This document shows, one piece after another, positions 1-9,174 of a DNA stretch of 32,000 nt. A model generated the notes under the pieces. It ran no database searches, was not told where the DNA came from, and worked only from the letters and a program-made list of their open reading frames with translations. A program made the position numbers and the translations under genes. Source of the DNA: an uncultured archaeon (GTDB lineage: Archaea; Asgardarchaeota; Thorarchaeia; Thorarchaeales; Thorarchaeaceae); the NCBI GenBank assembly GCA_964648855.1, contig CAZYLT010000020.1:15183-47182 (forward strand), read 5' to 3'. How positions within the stretch are numbered: position 1 is the first letter of the stretch; the number at the start of each line of letters is the position of its first letter.

Positions 1-1
1 T

Positions 2-580
2 TTGATACCCGAGGTTGCTGAGCTAGTCCTGCAGGAGGCTGATGAGATACTGGGTGGAATTCCCCATGTTCTCCTGACTATCAAAAATAACACCCTCATG
101 GCAAATGCTGGCGTCGACAAATCTAATGTGCCCCCAGGCTATGCATCACTTCTGCCAGTTGACTCAAAGAGTAGTGCTAATTGCGTCCGTGAAGAGGTCT
201 ACAAAAGAACAGGAAAGCAAATCGGGGTGATCATAATCGATAGCAGGACACAACCATTACGATTGGGCAATATTGGAATGGCACTTGCAGTATCGGGGTT
301 TAATCCGGTTGCAGATGAGCGAGGTAAGAAGGACCTATTTGGAAACGAAATGAGAATCACAAGGCGCGCAGTGGCCGATAATCTAGCATCTGCCTGTACA
401 GCCGTCATGGGTGAGTCTAGCGAATCAATTCCTGCAGCTATAATCAGAGGAGCTCTAGTCGAGCTCTCAGAGGAATCGTATGACTCTTCAGTTATGTGGA
501 TTAGCCCTCAGGAATGTATGTACATGGCAATCTTCGAGCAATGGCGCAGAGATTGCGGGGAAAACCAGAGTATCGAATGA
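2..580 (+). CDS. cofE: Coenzyme F420-0:L-glutamate ligase (5'-truncated by window edge)
   Basis: Motifs NAGVDKSN, IIDSRTQPLRLG, DERGKKDLFG and ADNLASAC..VMGE are typical of CofE; frame is open from the window start. Confidence 0.9.
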   Translation: MIPEVAELVLQEADEILGGIPHVLLTIKNNTLMANAGVDKSNVPPGYASLLPVDSKSSANCVREEVYKRTGKQIGVIIIDSRTQPLRLGNIGMALAVSGFNPVADERGKKDLFGNEMRITRRAVADNLASACTAVMGESSESIPAAIIRGALVELSEESYDSSVMWISPQECMYMAIFEQWRRDCGENQSIE

Positions 581-698
581 AGGGAAATCTGCTGTACTAG
601 GCATGTCCTGGCTTCTGGAGTTCGTGCTCGAAAGAAAGAAAAGGGGAACTCATATCTCGATAGATACAGAGCATTTATGAAACGCAGGGATTGATTAT

Positions 699-2030
699 TT
701 GAGCGAAAAGGTGGTTCTGATCGATGCATCGGTTGCAGGAGCATCAGGGGACATGATTCTATCTGCCCTCATAGATATCCTTCAGGACGATGAAGCCATT
801 GTCCCAGTTGCAGCAAGTCTTCTCATATATGACCCCGCTATTCGCGTCCAAGTCTTGGACAAGAGCTTGGGTGGTCTTTCTGGAAAGCACCTTGAAATTA
901 CCAAGGACAAAAGCGTGAGATTCGACCCACCGTCGCTTCGTGAGATAATCAGTGTTCTCTCAGAAGAATTGGAGCTTTCGCCCAAGGGGAAACAGCTTGC
1001 TAGTGAAGCTCTTGAACAAATCTTCAGAGCCGAATCCAGAGCTCATGATACTCCAATTGATGAATTACATCTTCACGAAACCGGCTCAATTGACACAATC
1101 CTTGACATTGCTGGTACAATGTATCTTCTGGAGAAAGCAAATCTACTAGAAGATGCTCGCTTTGTATGTACAAGTGTGGCAGTTGGCAGCGGTACCATCG
1201 AAACTGAACACGGCGAACTCGAAGTACCGGTTCCGGCAGTTGCTGAAATCATTGTAGAATATGAGATGCCCTTTCACAAGGGTGATGCAAAAACCGAAAC
1301 ACTGACTCCTACAGGCGCTGCAATTTTAGCGACACTCGCTGAAGAATATGTGGAATCAAGAGATGCCTTCGAAGAAGCACAAAAGGGCAATGGATTCGGT
1401 AGCCGTGACCTAGGTGATGTTCCTAACGTTCTATCGATTTCGATAGGAAAACTGGAGAAAACAAAACCAGTACCCAAGCCTGAGGAAACGGCAAAGAGAA
1501 AGAAACCTCAGCCCGAATCAAAACCAACTAAGACAGAGGAGATGCCCATGGAATCAGGAAAATGGAATCAGGATGAAGTGATTGTTATTGAGGCGAATGT
1601 CGACGATGTTGACGGCGAAGTCCTTGGTAACATGATCGACACCCTTACATCAGATGGCATGGCACTAGATGTTGTTATAATTCCTGCCTACGGAAAGAAA
1701 AACAGACCATGCTATGTTGTCAAGGTGATCTCTTCAATAAATGGACTAAATGCTATTGCGGAGCTACTGATTAAGAACTTGGGCACATTGGGCATAAGGT
1801 ATACTACGTGGTCTAGGTTGAAGGCACAACGTGAAACAATTGTGACTCGGCTTGAGGTTGATGGTGAGCAATATATGGTCAGGGTTAAACTCTCTCGAGG
1901 TCCGGATGGTAGCATTGTCAACATTAAGCCCGAGCTTGATGACATTACCACTGTATCAAAAGCAACGGGAATTCCAATTCGAGAGTTAAAACCAAGAGTA
2001 ATCCTTCAGGCTCATGCAGTCACTGAATGA
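699..2030 (+). CDS. larC: Nickel-pincer cofactor biosynthesis nickel insertase LarC (LarC1+LarC2 in one frame)
   Basis: GASGDM, HETGSIDTILD, HG..VPVPA, TPTGAA, EANVDD, KKNRP, TLGIR and KPE motifs; TTG start; 3' end overlaps the polB stop by 11 nt. Confidence 0.9.
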   Translation: MSEKVVLIDASVAGASGDMILSALIDILQDDEAIVPVAASLLIYDPAIRVQVLDKSLGGLSGKHLEITKDKSVRFDPPSLREIISVLSEELELSPKGKQLASEALEQIFRAESRAHDTPIDELHLHETGSIDTILDIAGTMYLLEKANLLEDARFVCTSVAVGSGTIETEHGELEVPVPAVAEIIVEYEMPFHKGDAKTETLTPTGAAILATLAEEYVESRDAFEEAQKGNGFGSRDLGDVPNVLSISIGKLEKTKPVPKPEETAKRKKPQPESKPTKTEEMPMESGKWNQDEVIVIEANVDDVDGEVLGNMIDTLTSDGMALDVVIIPAYGKKNRPCYVVKVISSINGLNAIAELLIKNLGTLGIRYTTWSRLKAQRETIVTRLEVDGEQYMVRVKLSRGPDGSIVNIKPELDDITTVSKATGIPIRELKPRVILQAHAVTE

Positions 2031-4296
2031 ATGGTTCTAGGGAAGCAGACCCATCTCCGCCCAAAGACAAATCGCTGAGATATTTTGCAGGCACTAGATT
2101 TTCAAACGCCCTCATACAGAGCTCTTCGTACGCTTTTGGATCATACGTGGCAGAGTCACCAAGTAGTTCTACTGCTCTAACGCGTCGTAAAGGGTTAGGT
2201 GATTCCGTGTCGGTCAAGATGTACCGTACCTTCTGACCTGCATGTAACTCTCTTCCTGTTTCTACTACTTGTTTTGCTACTATCGCCGCTCTTGATGTTG
2301 CCTTATATTCGTGGGGCTCACGCGTGAGTCGTGAGTGTAGTACAAGGTCTCGGAGGTCAACATCCCCGTCTCGGAGTTTCGCCGAAAACTCTTCACAAAC
2401 TGAATACGCTTCGGGAACCATCTCTAGAAAACCCTCTTTGTCTTTTCCCTTTGCAAGCGTCTTTATCATCTCTAACTGACAGTCTCCCACATAGAGACAG
2501 GTATCTCTTCGGCGGGTTTCTATGCCTCGTGTTTTGATTCCCCCATTCTGATATACACCATAATATCGGTTCAGAGGCGCAATTGAAGGATGAAGCCTTG
2601 ATGATGGAATTACCATCCAGCGATATACTCCCTTCAAGGACATATCGATGTCAACTGTTTTACTCACTCTTCTACAGAATTCTTGCACGTGGTCGAATTC
2701 AATTTCGCTTTCAGCTTTCACCCATAGAGAGTCCACAATACCATGGACCGTCTTAAGTCCCATCTCTTGGCCTATCTCCTGGGTCTTGAGTAGCACTTCA
2801 CGTGCCAGAGCACAGACCGCGGTGTGCGCCTCAACACGACCAAATTTCGCATTTTTGAATCCAAGGTACCCAAAACAAGAAACAAGCACACCCTTCAGAG
2901 TGTTTTGCATCATCGCGTATTTCTTGGTATCTTCTCCCTCTGTTATCAACCGTTTGAATTCGTTCCGTTTACGTACTACCAGCTCCAGTGACTTCGCAAT
3001 CAATCCTCTCTTGCGATTACAGAGACGGAAACTAAGTTCGGGGACTTCAATACAATACTTGTAGTCATAGGGGCAGTCTGTCCGCATGCAGATTGTTTCG
3101 GGGCTGATATTTCGAGTCACCATCAGCGTGGGATACATAGAGGAGAAGTCGACCTCCGCAACATGCTCATAGATATCCGGCTTTGGCTGAAAAATCAATC
3201 CTCCCCTGTCAATATTTGCCAGCTCGTTTATTGACTTGAGAAACTCGGGATTTCTCTTCACCGGCGGAATGAGTACATCCATCTGGTTCGCTGTATGGAA
3301 CTGAACTGATGCATTGACACTACCAATGGACATCCGTGCGACTCGCTGTGGTGGAGCAAATGCAAGTCGACAACCCTCTATCACGCCCTCAACTCCTGAC
3401 GGGCCGTGAAACTGATTATCACTTCTATCGATGTGAATTCTACCGTTGAACATCACTTGGTTTCCAGACCGATAGACAATCCGATTATACTGCCAGAACG
3501 ACTGGGGCTCTCGGTGTATCACATTCAGAGGAGTTCCATCACGGGAGAAGGTCAGTTCTACCTCATTCAGCTTTGCTCTGAGAGTAAGATACCTGAACAC
3601 ATGGTCGTCCCCACCCCTAGTGACGATGATGTCTGGGTCGATGGTATCAACAGCTCTCTGAAGTGATAGGAGGGTCTCTCTCTCGGTGCGTCCCCTCAAT
3701 TGGATTGCCTTGCCCTGATTATAGATTTCAATGTAACTTATTGGATCTTCAAGGCGTGGAAATACGCGTCCAGATGCAACGTAGACCTCAATGCCTATCT
3801 CTTCAAGGTCTGGAATGTCATATTCGGCATCTTCTCGGTTATCAAGGCACTTGATTGCTGTAACTTTCTCTCCCTCGGTTTCGAACTCTATTCTTCCGAA
3901 AGCGAAGATCTCCTCACTCAAAAAGAACTGCTGGACTGGACCGATTTCTGCATGATAGACCACAGCATCAGGGAGTCTCTCAAGATCCTTTGCAACTTCC
4001 CTCTGTTTTCCGATATCAGTGAAAACTCGTAAAACACGAGATTTCTCGTCATCATATACACTGGTATATTTGCGGACTACATCCACTCCTGTCACATGAG
4101 AATGCTCTCGTATTGTATGAAACAATCGTTGGTCTGTCCACTCTTCAATATCTAGAAGGCTGGTATGCACAAAAAGTGCTGGCTTGAATTTGTCATAGAC
4201 GTACCCCTGCGTCTTTCCGTTCCTCTTGATCCAGAGAATCAATGCTTCTCTATCATGGTCTACGCTTGCATCGAGGAGCCATCCCTGTTTTTTCAT
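2020..4296 (-). CDS. polB2: Family B DNA polymerase, archaeal PolB2 (Dpo2-like) group
   Basis: DFSSMYP (motif A), K.VLVSCFGYLG (motif B variant), HGIVDS in place of YGDTDS (motif C), RGIETRRRD; no recognisable exonuclease acidic motifs. Confidence 0.9.
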   Translation of the reverse strand: MKKQGWLLDASVDHDREALILWIKRNGKTQGYVYDKFKPALFVHTSLLDIEEWTDQRLFHTIREHSHVTGVDVVRKYTSVYDDEKSRVLRVFTDIGKQREVAKDLERLPDAVVYHAEIGPVQQFFLSEEIFAFGRIEFETEGEKVTAIKCLDNREDAEYDIPDLEEIGIEVYVASGRVFPRLEDPISYIEIYNQGKAIQLRGRTERETLLSLQRAVDTIDPDIIVTRGGDDHVFRYLTLRAKLNEVELTFSRDGTPLNVIHREPQSFWQYNRIVYRSGNQVMFNGRIHIDRSDNQFHGPSGVEGVIEGCRLAFAPPQRVARMSIGSVNASVQFHTANQMDVLIPPVKRNPEFLKSINELANIDRGGLIFQPKPDIYEHVAEVDFSSMYPTLMVTRNISPETICMRTDCPYDYKYCIEVPELSFRLCNRKRGLIAKSLELVVRKRNEFKRLITEGEDTKKYAMMQNTLKGVLVSCFGYLGFKNAKFGRVEAHTAVCALAREVLLKTQEIGQEMGLKTVHGIVDSLWVKAESEIEFDHVQEFCRRVSKTVDIDMSLKGVYRWMVIPSSRLHPSIAPLNRYYGVYQNGGIKTRGIETRRRDTCLYVGDCQLEMIKTLAKGKDKEGFLEMVPEAYSVCEEFSAKLRDGDVDLRDLVLHSRLTREPHEYKATSRAAIVAKQVVETGRELHAGQKVRYILTDTESPNPLRRVRAVELLGDSATYDPKAYEELCMRAFENLVPAKYLSDLSLGGDGSASLEPFIQ

Positions 4297-4299
4297 CTA

Positions 4300-4563
4300 T
4301 CACTCCTCTGCGTTTTTCAGTTCTTCAAGTTGAAGTCGTAGTTCGTCAATCTCTTCAAGTAGTCCGATTATAGAGGCAACAAGAATCACTTCTGTGGTGC
4401 GGGGTGTGACCATCATGGTTCCTGCATCTGCGCAGGCTCTTGCATAGTCAAACATCCGTTGTAGTTGTTCTCTCTGTGAACCTCTCAACGTACGTGAGAA
4501 TGATTTCCAACGACTTTCTTCCTTATCTACTGCATCCCGAAAGGTTCTGGCAGTTCTTCCCAT
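4300..4563 (-). CDS. Small PolB2-associated helical protein (arCOG07300-like)
   Basis: MGRT..TFR...EE.RW..F.R.LR...R..F..AR pattern; ends 3 nt before the polB2 start; start placed at ATG 4563 rather than TTG 4626. Confidence 0.75.
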   Translation of the reverse strand: MGRTARTFRDAVDKEESRWKSFSRTLRGSQREQLQRMFDYARACADAGTMMVTPRTTEVILVASIIGLLEEIDELRLQLEELKNAEE

Positions 4564-4689
4564 GGTCAACTCATCCGGTATCTTACGTAGGTTGCGTATC
4601 GACGTGGAAGAAGTACGGCATCTCAATAGTTGTTACATTTCTTCCTCCTAGCCTTCTGTTTGGCAGAACGACAAGGTCAGAGGGACTTG

Positions 4690-4702
4690 ACTGAAAGTAA
4701 AA
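4690..4702 (-). promoter_or_regulatory. Candidate DNA-damage/UV-responsive element upstream of the polB2 operon
   Basis: Minus strand TTTTACTTTCAGT contains the ANTTTC core known from Sulfolobales UV-inducible promoters and resembles the haloarchaeal TTTCACTTTCA motif. Confidence 0.45.
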
Positions 4703-4749
4703 TCGAATGGGGTTGATTGCTTTGAAGCTTATAAGCCAATATTGCGAGA

Positions 4750-5499
4750 TTGTGTCTGGTAGGGATAATTTTGAAAAAACACATCCAGATTCTTGCTGTT
4801 CTCTCCCTGATATCCATAATTGGCCTAGGTGCAGAAATCTTGTTTTTTCCCAGTATTGGAAGGCAATTCGAGTATACCAAAGATACTGCCTACACCCAGT
4901 TGACAATGATCGAAGACACAAATGGGAGTCTCTCCTCCTTCTATTCCCATTATATTGAGGTTCACGACGACGGTGAATTCAATATTACTCTCCCAGCTTG
5001 GACCGACGCTGTGAATATTTCCCTCAATAGTACGGCGTATGAAGTTTCGGCTGAAATCATGGTACAAACTGACTTCTTGGGTGTTCGTGAAAGTCTTCTT
5101 AATCTTACATGGGGTGCGAATCTAAACATGATTCATGAAAACGGGAGTGCTACATACGAATTACCGCTACGTAGATATCTGCTGAGTGCAGGCATTGCAT
5201 ATTCGACGAAGCAGTCTGCAATCCTTAAACTGGACACTACATCTATAGAAAAGTACAATCTTTCATGGGTGGGAATTTCTTTCGAGTCCATGTTTCACGC
5301 AGACTGTAATTCTAGTTATATGATTCACTATGGAATACTTCTTGATGTCTATGTTACTTATAAGCGGGCTTTCGCACACGATATTTCATTTTTCACTCTC
5401 ATCTCTCTAGGGGTGGGGATTTTTTCAGCGGGAATGCTTGTGGCTGAGGTGCTTCACCTGAACCCTGATGATCAGCTCGAAACCACCTATTACCATTAG
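4750..5499 (+). CDS. Hypothetical membrane protein (N- and C-terminal TM helices, extracellular domain with N-x-S/T sequons)
   Basis: 249-aa ORF with hydrophobic segments at both ends; exact start uncertain (TTG 4750 or about 4771); TATA-like CTTATAAG near 4728-4735. Confidence 0.7.
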   Translation: MCLVGIILKKHIQILAVLSLISIIGLGAEILFFPSIGRQFEYTKDTAYTQLTMIEDTNGSLSSFYSHYIEVHDDGEFNITLPAWTDAVNISLNSTAYEVSAEIMVQTDFLGVRESLLNLTWGANLNMIHENGSATYELPLRRYLLSAGIAYSTKQSAILKLDTTSIEKYNLSWVGISFESMFHADCNSSYMIHYGILLDVYVTYKRAFAHDISFFTLISLGVGIFSAGMLVAEVLHLNPDDQLETTYYH

Positions 5500-5500
5500 T

Positions 5501-5538
5501 AGGTAATCACCGTGTGCTCCAAGGATTACCTCTTTTTT
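5501..5538 (+). terminator. Hairpin plus T-tract terminator between convergent genes
   Basis: AGGTAATC (5501-5508) pairs with GATTACCT (5524-5531), followed by CTTTTTT directly after the stop at 5499. Confidence 0.55.
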
Positions 5539-5577
5539 CGCACTAATCTGTGGAGTGATATCCACTATCATTTCTTT

Positions 5578-5862
5578 TCAGAATTTATTGTCATGCTTTC
5601 TGAGTTCTTCTTGGCGGATGTGTACTTTGCCAGCATGCACTGCACAACTCACGCAATAATATGAGGTCATACGTTTCCTCTGAATATAGGCGCCCTGTTG
5701 CTGTAATTCTCTTGCCATCTGTGGGTCGACCAAAGAGCTGTATTTGGTGTATTTCTTTGCCTTATCTGCGGGGACCAAACGACCACATCTGGAACATTGG
5801 ACACTCCCCTTTTTACCCGCGCCACCCTTTGAGCGACCACCGGACTTTCTCTTTTTCGTCAA
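5578..5862 (-). CDS. rps26e: 30S ribosomal protein S26e (eS26)
   Basis: KKRKSGGRSK, VQCSRCGRLVP.DKAKK and YCVSCAVH zinc-finger pattern; TTG start. Confidence 0.95.
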   Translation of the reverse strand: MTKKRKSGGRSKGGAGKKGSVQCSRCGRLVPADKAKKYTKYSSLVDPQMARELQQQGAYIQRKRMTSYYCVSCAVHAGKVHIRQEELRKHDNKF

Positions 5863-5992
5863 TAGGTTCTATCCTCTCTGCATTTCAAAGAATGCCGCAG
5901 AATGCGGAAGTCAAATGCTTAAATCATTGTGGTTTTGTTCACGGTTCTTCTTTTGTTAGTAGTGGGTGAATTCCTTTGCTCACTTGAGAAGT

Positions 5993-6691
5993 CTAGTTGA
6001 ACTGCTTGCTAATGTTTTCAGCAACGGTCTCCTGTGGTAGGACCTCCCGTGATATAGTCTGCAGGGTTTCGTCTTGGAAGATTCCGTTTCGTACCAGCTC
6101 TTCCCCTGCCTTCATTGTGGCTTGAATGACGTCCGTTAGGTCCATCCCCTTCTTCATCAGCATGGGTAGTGCCCAAGCATAGGGTCGCACTACTGCTCCG
6201 ATATAATCTCGCTGCATATTCTTGGCCATGGCTTTCACATGGGCTATCAAGGGATCAAAATTGTCCAGTTCTGCGAACCCGCATACTGAAACAAGGACGA
6301 TTTTTCCATTGGGGATTGGATGCCTTTGTGGATGCCTACAATGCCCGTCGATTATCTCAACTTTTCCGCTCATCAAGGGGATGAATCGGTCTAGCATTGT
6401 CTTCATGCTACCTGTCATGCCATCAACATAAATTGGCGTTCCCAAAACGATGGTCTCGGTATCCTTTACTCGGTTATATAGTGGCCTCATATCATCATCA
6501 TGAATACACTCACCCGGGGTGCTTGTCCAGCAGGTGAAGCAACCGGTACAGGGCTCGATATCCAGCTTGTGCACATATATGATATCTACCTCTCCGCCGG
6601 CATTCTCCGCTCCCTCCAAGAAGTACTTCATAAACCCGGCAGTGGCTCCTCGTTCCATATTCGGGCTTCCGTTGAATGCTAGAATCTTCAT
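5993..6691 (-). CDS. Flavodoxin-family / iron-sulfur flavoprotein (NADPH-dependent FMN reductase fold)
   Basis: NGSP...G.T, CxxCxxC-x7-C (CTGCFTCWTSTPGEC), DDM, GTPIY and MK..LDR motifs. Confidence 0.88.
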   Translation of the reverse strand: MKILAFNGSPNMERGATAGFMKYFLEGAENAGGEVDIIYVHKLDIEPCTGCFTCWTSTPGECIHDDDMRPLYNRVKDTETIVLGTPIYVDGMTGSMKTMLDRFIPLMSGKVEIIDGHCRHPQRHPIPNGKIVLVSVCGFAELDNFDPLIAHVKAMAKNMQRDYIGAVVRPYAWALPMLMKKGMDLTDVIQATMKAGEELVRNGIFQDETLQTISREVLPQETVAENISKQFN

Positions 6692-6823
6692 GTATTACCC
6701 ATGAGAGGCCCAACTCATCAAGTTTCCGCCCTAATTAGATAGAGGAGAACTGACGAAGAACTTTAATAACTGTGAACAACCCCCAACTTGCTAAGCGCTG
6801 CCAATTCATAGGTGGAAATACAA

Positions 6824-7390
6824 ATGGTAACAGCCCTGTTCAAGGTGGTACTCATGGGTGATGGAAGTGTTGGAAAGACCAGTCTCCGTCGTTGCTACAT
6901 GGGTGAAGGATTCAAGGCTCAGTATATGATCACCATCGGAGCGGATTTTGCAGTCAAGAAGATGCAGTTGGAAGGCGGACATGACGTGAGCATTCAGATT
7001 TGGGACTTGGCAGGTCAGGAGCACTTCAAGAGCGTTAGGTCAACCTTCTACAAGGGGACACAGGGTGCGCTTGCGGTGTATTCCACAGTTGAGAGGCAAT
7101 CATACGAGAACATCAAGAAATGGTTGGACGAGTGCTGGACCAATGCCGGGAAGAAGATTCCCATAGTTCTGATTGGCAACAAGATTGACCTTAGACAACA
7201 ATTCGAGAACAACCCCGCCATGAAGCAGACCATTGTCACCACTGAAGAGGGACAGCGGCTGGCTGATGATATAGCATCAAACGGCGTGCATACGTCATTC
7301 ATTGAAACGTCTGCTAAAACTGGTGAAAATGTTGAAGCAGCCTTTCTAGAGCTTGCAATAAAGATTCTTGAGGCTGGAGGCTTGGCCTAG
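6824..7390 (+). CDS. Rab-like small GTPase (Ras superfamily)
   Basis: G1 GDGSVGKT, switch I TIGADF, G3 WDLAGQ, G4 NKID, G5 TSAK; no C-terminal prenylation cysteine; ATG 6824 follows GGTGG. Confidence 0.93.
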   Translation: MVTALFKVVLMGDGSVGKTSLRRCYMGEGFKAQYMITIGADFAVKKMQLEGGHDVSIQIWDLAGQEHFKSVRSTFYKGTQGALAVYSTVERQSYENIKKWLDECWTNAGKKIPIVLIGNKIDLRQQFENNPAMKQTIVTTEEGQRLADDIASNGVHTSFIETSAKTGENVEAAFLELAIKILEAGGLA

Positions 7391-7481
7391 TCAAGCTTTC
7401 AACTTGTTTCTGTCTGTCTTCATAATGTTTTTAGATGCCCCCAAATCAGTCAATAATAGCATTGATTCTGCGGTGACTTGG

Positions 7482-8609
7482 ATGGACGATAATCAACTCT
7501 CATTGTTCCTACAAAGAAAAACATTGAAACCTGAGGCTGAACATGGTGGCGAGATTACCAGACGATTCTCAATGAACAAAGTTGGCAGGATGTTTGCTGC
7601 TGCCATGCAAGATAGAACCATCCGCCTCTATGATGCCAAAACCTGCCAAGAGATGCAACGTGTACAGGATGAACATCTAACGACCTCCATTGATTTCAGT
7701 CCCCGCGGAGACATTGTTGCAACAGGAAGCGTAGGTCGCCTAGTCAAACTGTGGGATATCAAATCTGGGAAATTGATGGGCACTCTGGAAGGGCATGAAT
7801 ATCCTGTTCTCTCCCTCTCATTCTCACCTGATGGTGATAAGTTGGTCTCGGGGAGTGGCGACACTACACTACGAATTTGGGATGTTGATAACCTTCGCTT
7901 TATTCGAGAATTGAAAGGACACACACTCTATGTTGTCAGTTGTGATTGGGACCCAATACACGACCGGATTGTATCATCATCAATCGATTCAACCATCCGC
8001 GAATGGAATGCATCCACTGGCGAGTTGCTTGCCGAGCATGACGACCATCGAACTGCTGTTCATCAGGTCCTATTTAACAGGGAAGGCTCACTTATGGCAT
8101 CTGCCTCCTCCGATCACAGCATAATCCTGTGGAATACGGAAGGCAAACTTGACTCTCAAGAGACCCTCGTGGGACATAATGAGGAAGTTCGTGCCATCTC
8201 CTTCAGCAACAATGGAAAATATCTGGTTTCAGGGTCTAGTGACAAAGAACTATACGTCTGGTCAATAGAGGATTATGGCATCAAAGGTCAAGCGAGAACT
8301 ACGGGGGAAATTGATGGCTTAGAGTGGTATCCAAATGAGCTTGCATTCATAAGTTCTGACGGTACTGGTGCAATCATCCGCTGGGATGTCCGCGAACTGG
8401 AAGCTATGCTGAGCCCGTTTCAGAATCTTCTTGATGAAATCAAGGCAAATGATGATGAGAGCAAGAAGCAGGAATTCATTGAACGGTTCAACGAGATACA
8501 GGCTCAATATGATGAAGAGGCATTACGCGACAAACGGCTGTTCTATATCATGTGGCAATGCAAGCGAGAACTCGGCTTACTAAAAGGGAAGGTTCGAAAA
8601 AGAAGATAA
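7482..8609 (+). CDS. WD40 repeat beta-propeller protein with a C-terminal helical domain
   Basis: About 7 GH...S.S.D.T.R.WD-type repeats; start placed at ATG 7482 after the SD-like GGTGA. Confidence 0.92.
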   Translation: MDDNQLSLFLQRKTLKPEAEHGGEITRRFSMNKVGRMFAAAMQDRTIRLYDAKTCQEMQRVQDEHLTTSIDFSPRGDIVATGSVGRLVKLWDIKSGKLMGTLEGHEYPVLSLSFSPDGDKLVSGSGDTTLRIWDVDNLRFIRELKGHTLYVVSCDWDPIHDRIVSSSIDSTIREWNASTGELLAEHDDHRTAVHQVLFNREGSLMASASSDHSIILWNTEGKLDSQETLVGHNEEVRAISFSNNGKYLVSGSSDKELYVWSIEDYGIKGQARTTGEIDGLEWYPNELAFISSDGTGAIIRWDVRELEAMLSPFQNLLDEIKANDDESKKQEFIERFNEIQAQYDEEALRDKRLFYIMWQCKRELGLLKGKVRKRR

Positions 8610-8643
8610 AAACATGCGAATCTCCCCAAATGTTGCTTACCAT

Positions 8644-9174
8644 CTAGTCTGTCTTTACTGAATCTACCATCACTTCACAGAGATTTTTGTAAGCATCCTC
8701 TACGTTTTGTCCCGTAAGAGCACTGGATTCAACGTAGATATGACCGTGTTTTTCTGCCCACTCTTTTCCCTCTTGGGTTGTGACAACCCGGCTCTCTTCA
8801 AGGTCTACTTTGTTGGCCACAACTATGAGGGGGATCTCCCGACCCAGATTCTTGAAGCATTCGTTTTTCCAATTTTGGATATTAAGAAATGTTCTTCGCC
8901 TAGTGACATCGTACACGAGCAATCCACCTCTGGCTCCTCTGTAGAAACCCTGCCTCACTACTTCAAATCTTGGCTGGCCTGCTAAATCCCATACTTGCAG
9001 TACCACATTGGCATCTCTATCGGGCATCTCGACTCTTTTGATGGCAAAGTCAGAACCAATAGTCCGCTTGTACTCCGATTGGAAGTGCTGTTGTGTGAAT
9101 TGAACAGTAAGTGCGGTTTTTCCGACAGCACCGTCGCCAAGCATGACGATCTTGAAGCGATATTCAGCTGACAT
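8644..9174 (-). CDS. Rab-like small GTPase (Ras superfamily)
   Basis: GDGAVGKT, TIGSDF, WDLAGQPRF, FYRGA, NKVD and SSAL motifs; no CAAX/CC tail. Confidence 0.93.
   Translation of the reverse strand: MSAEYRFKIVMLGDGAVGKTALTVQFTQQHFQSEYKRTIGSDFAIKRVEMPDRDANVVLQVWDLAGQPRFEVVRQGFYRGARGGLLVYDVTRRRTFLNIQNWKNECFKNLGREIPLIVVANKVDLEESRVVTTQEGKEWAEKHGHIYVESSALTGQNVEDAYKNLCEVMVDSVKTD

Noticed and set aside
4583-4921. 112-aa minus-strand ORF upstream of the polB2 partner, considered as the missing RadA-like gene
   Set aside because: No P-loop or RecA-like features, and it overlaps the better-supported plus-strand membrane protein.
7368-7481. N-terminal extension of the WD40 ORF overlapping the Rab gene
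   Set aside because: ATG 7482 has an SD-like GGTGA, and the extension covers AT-rich intergenic-looking sequence.
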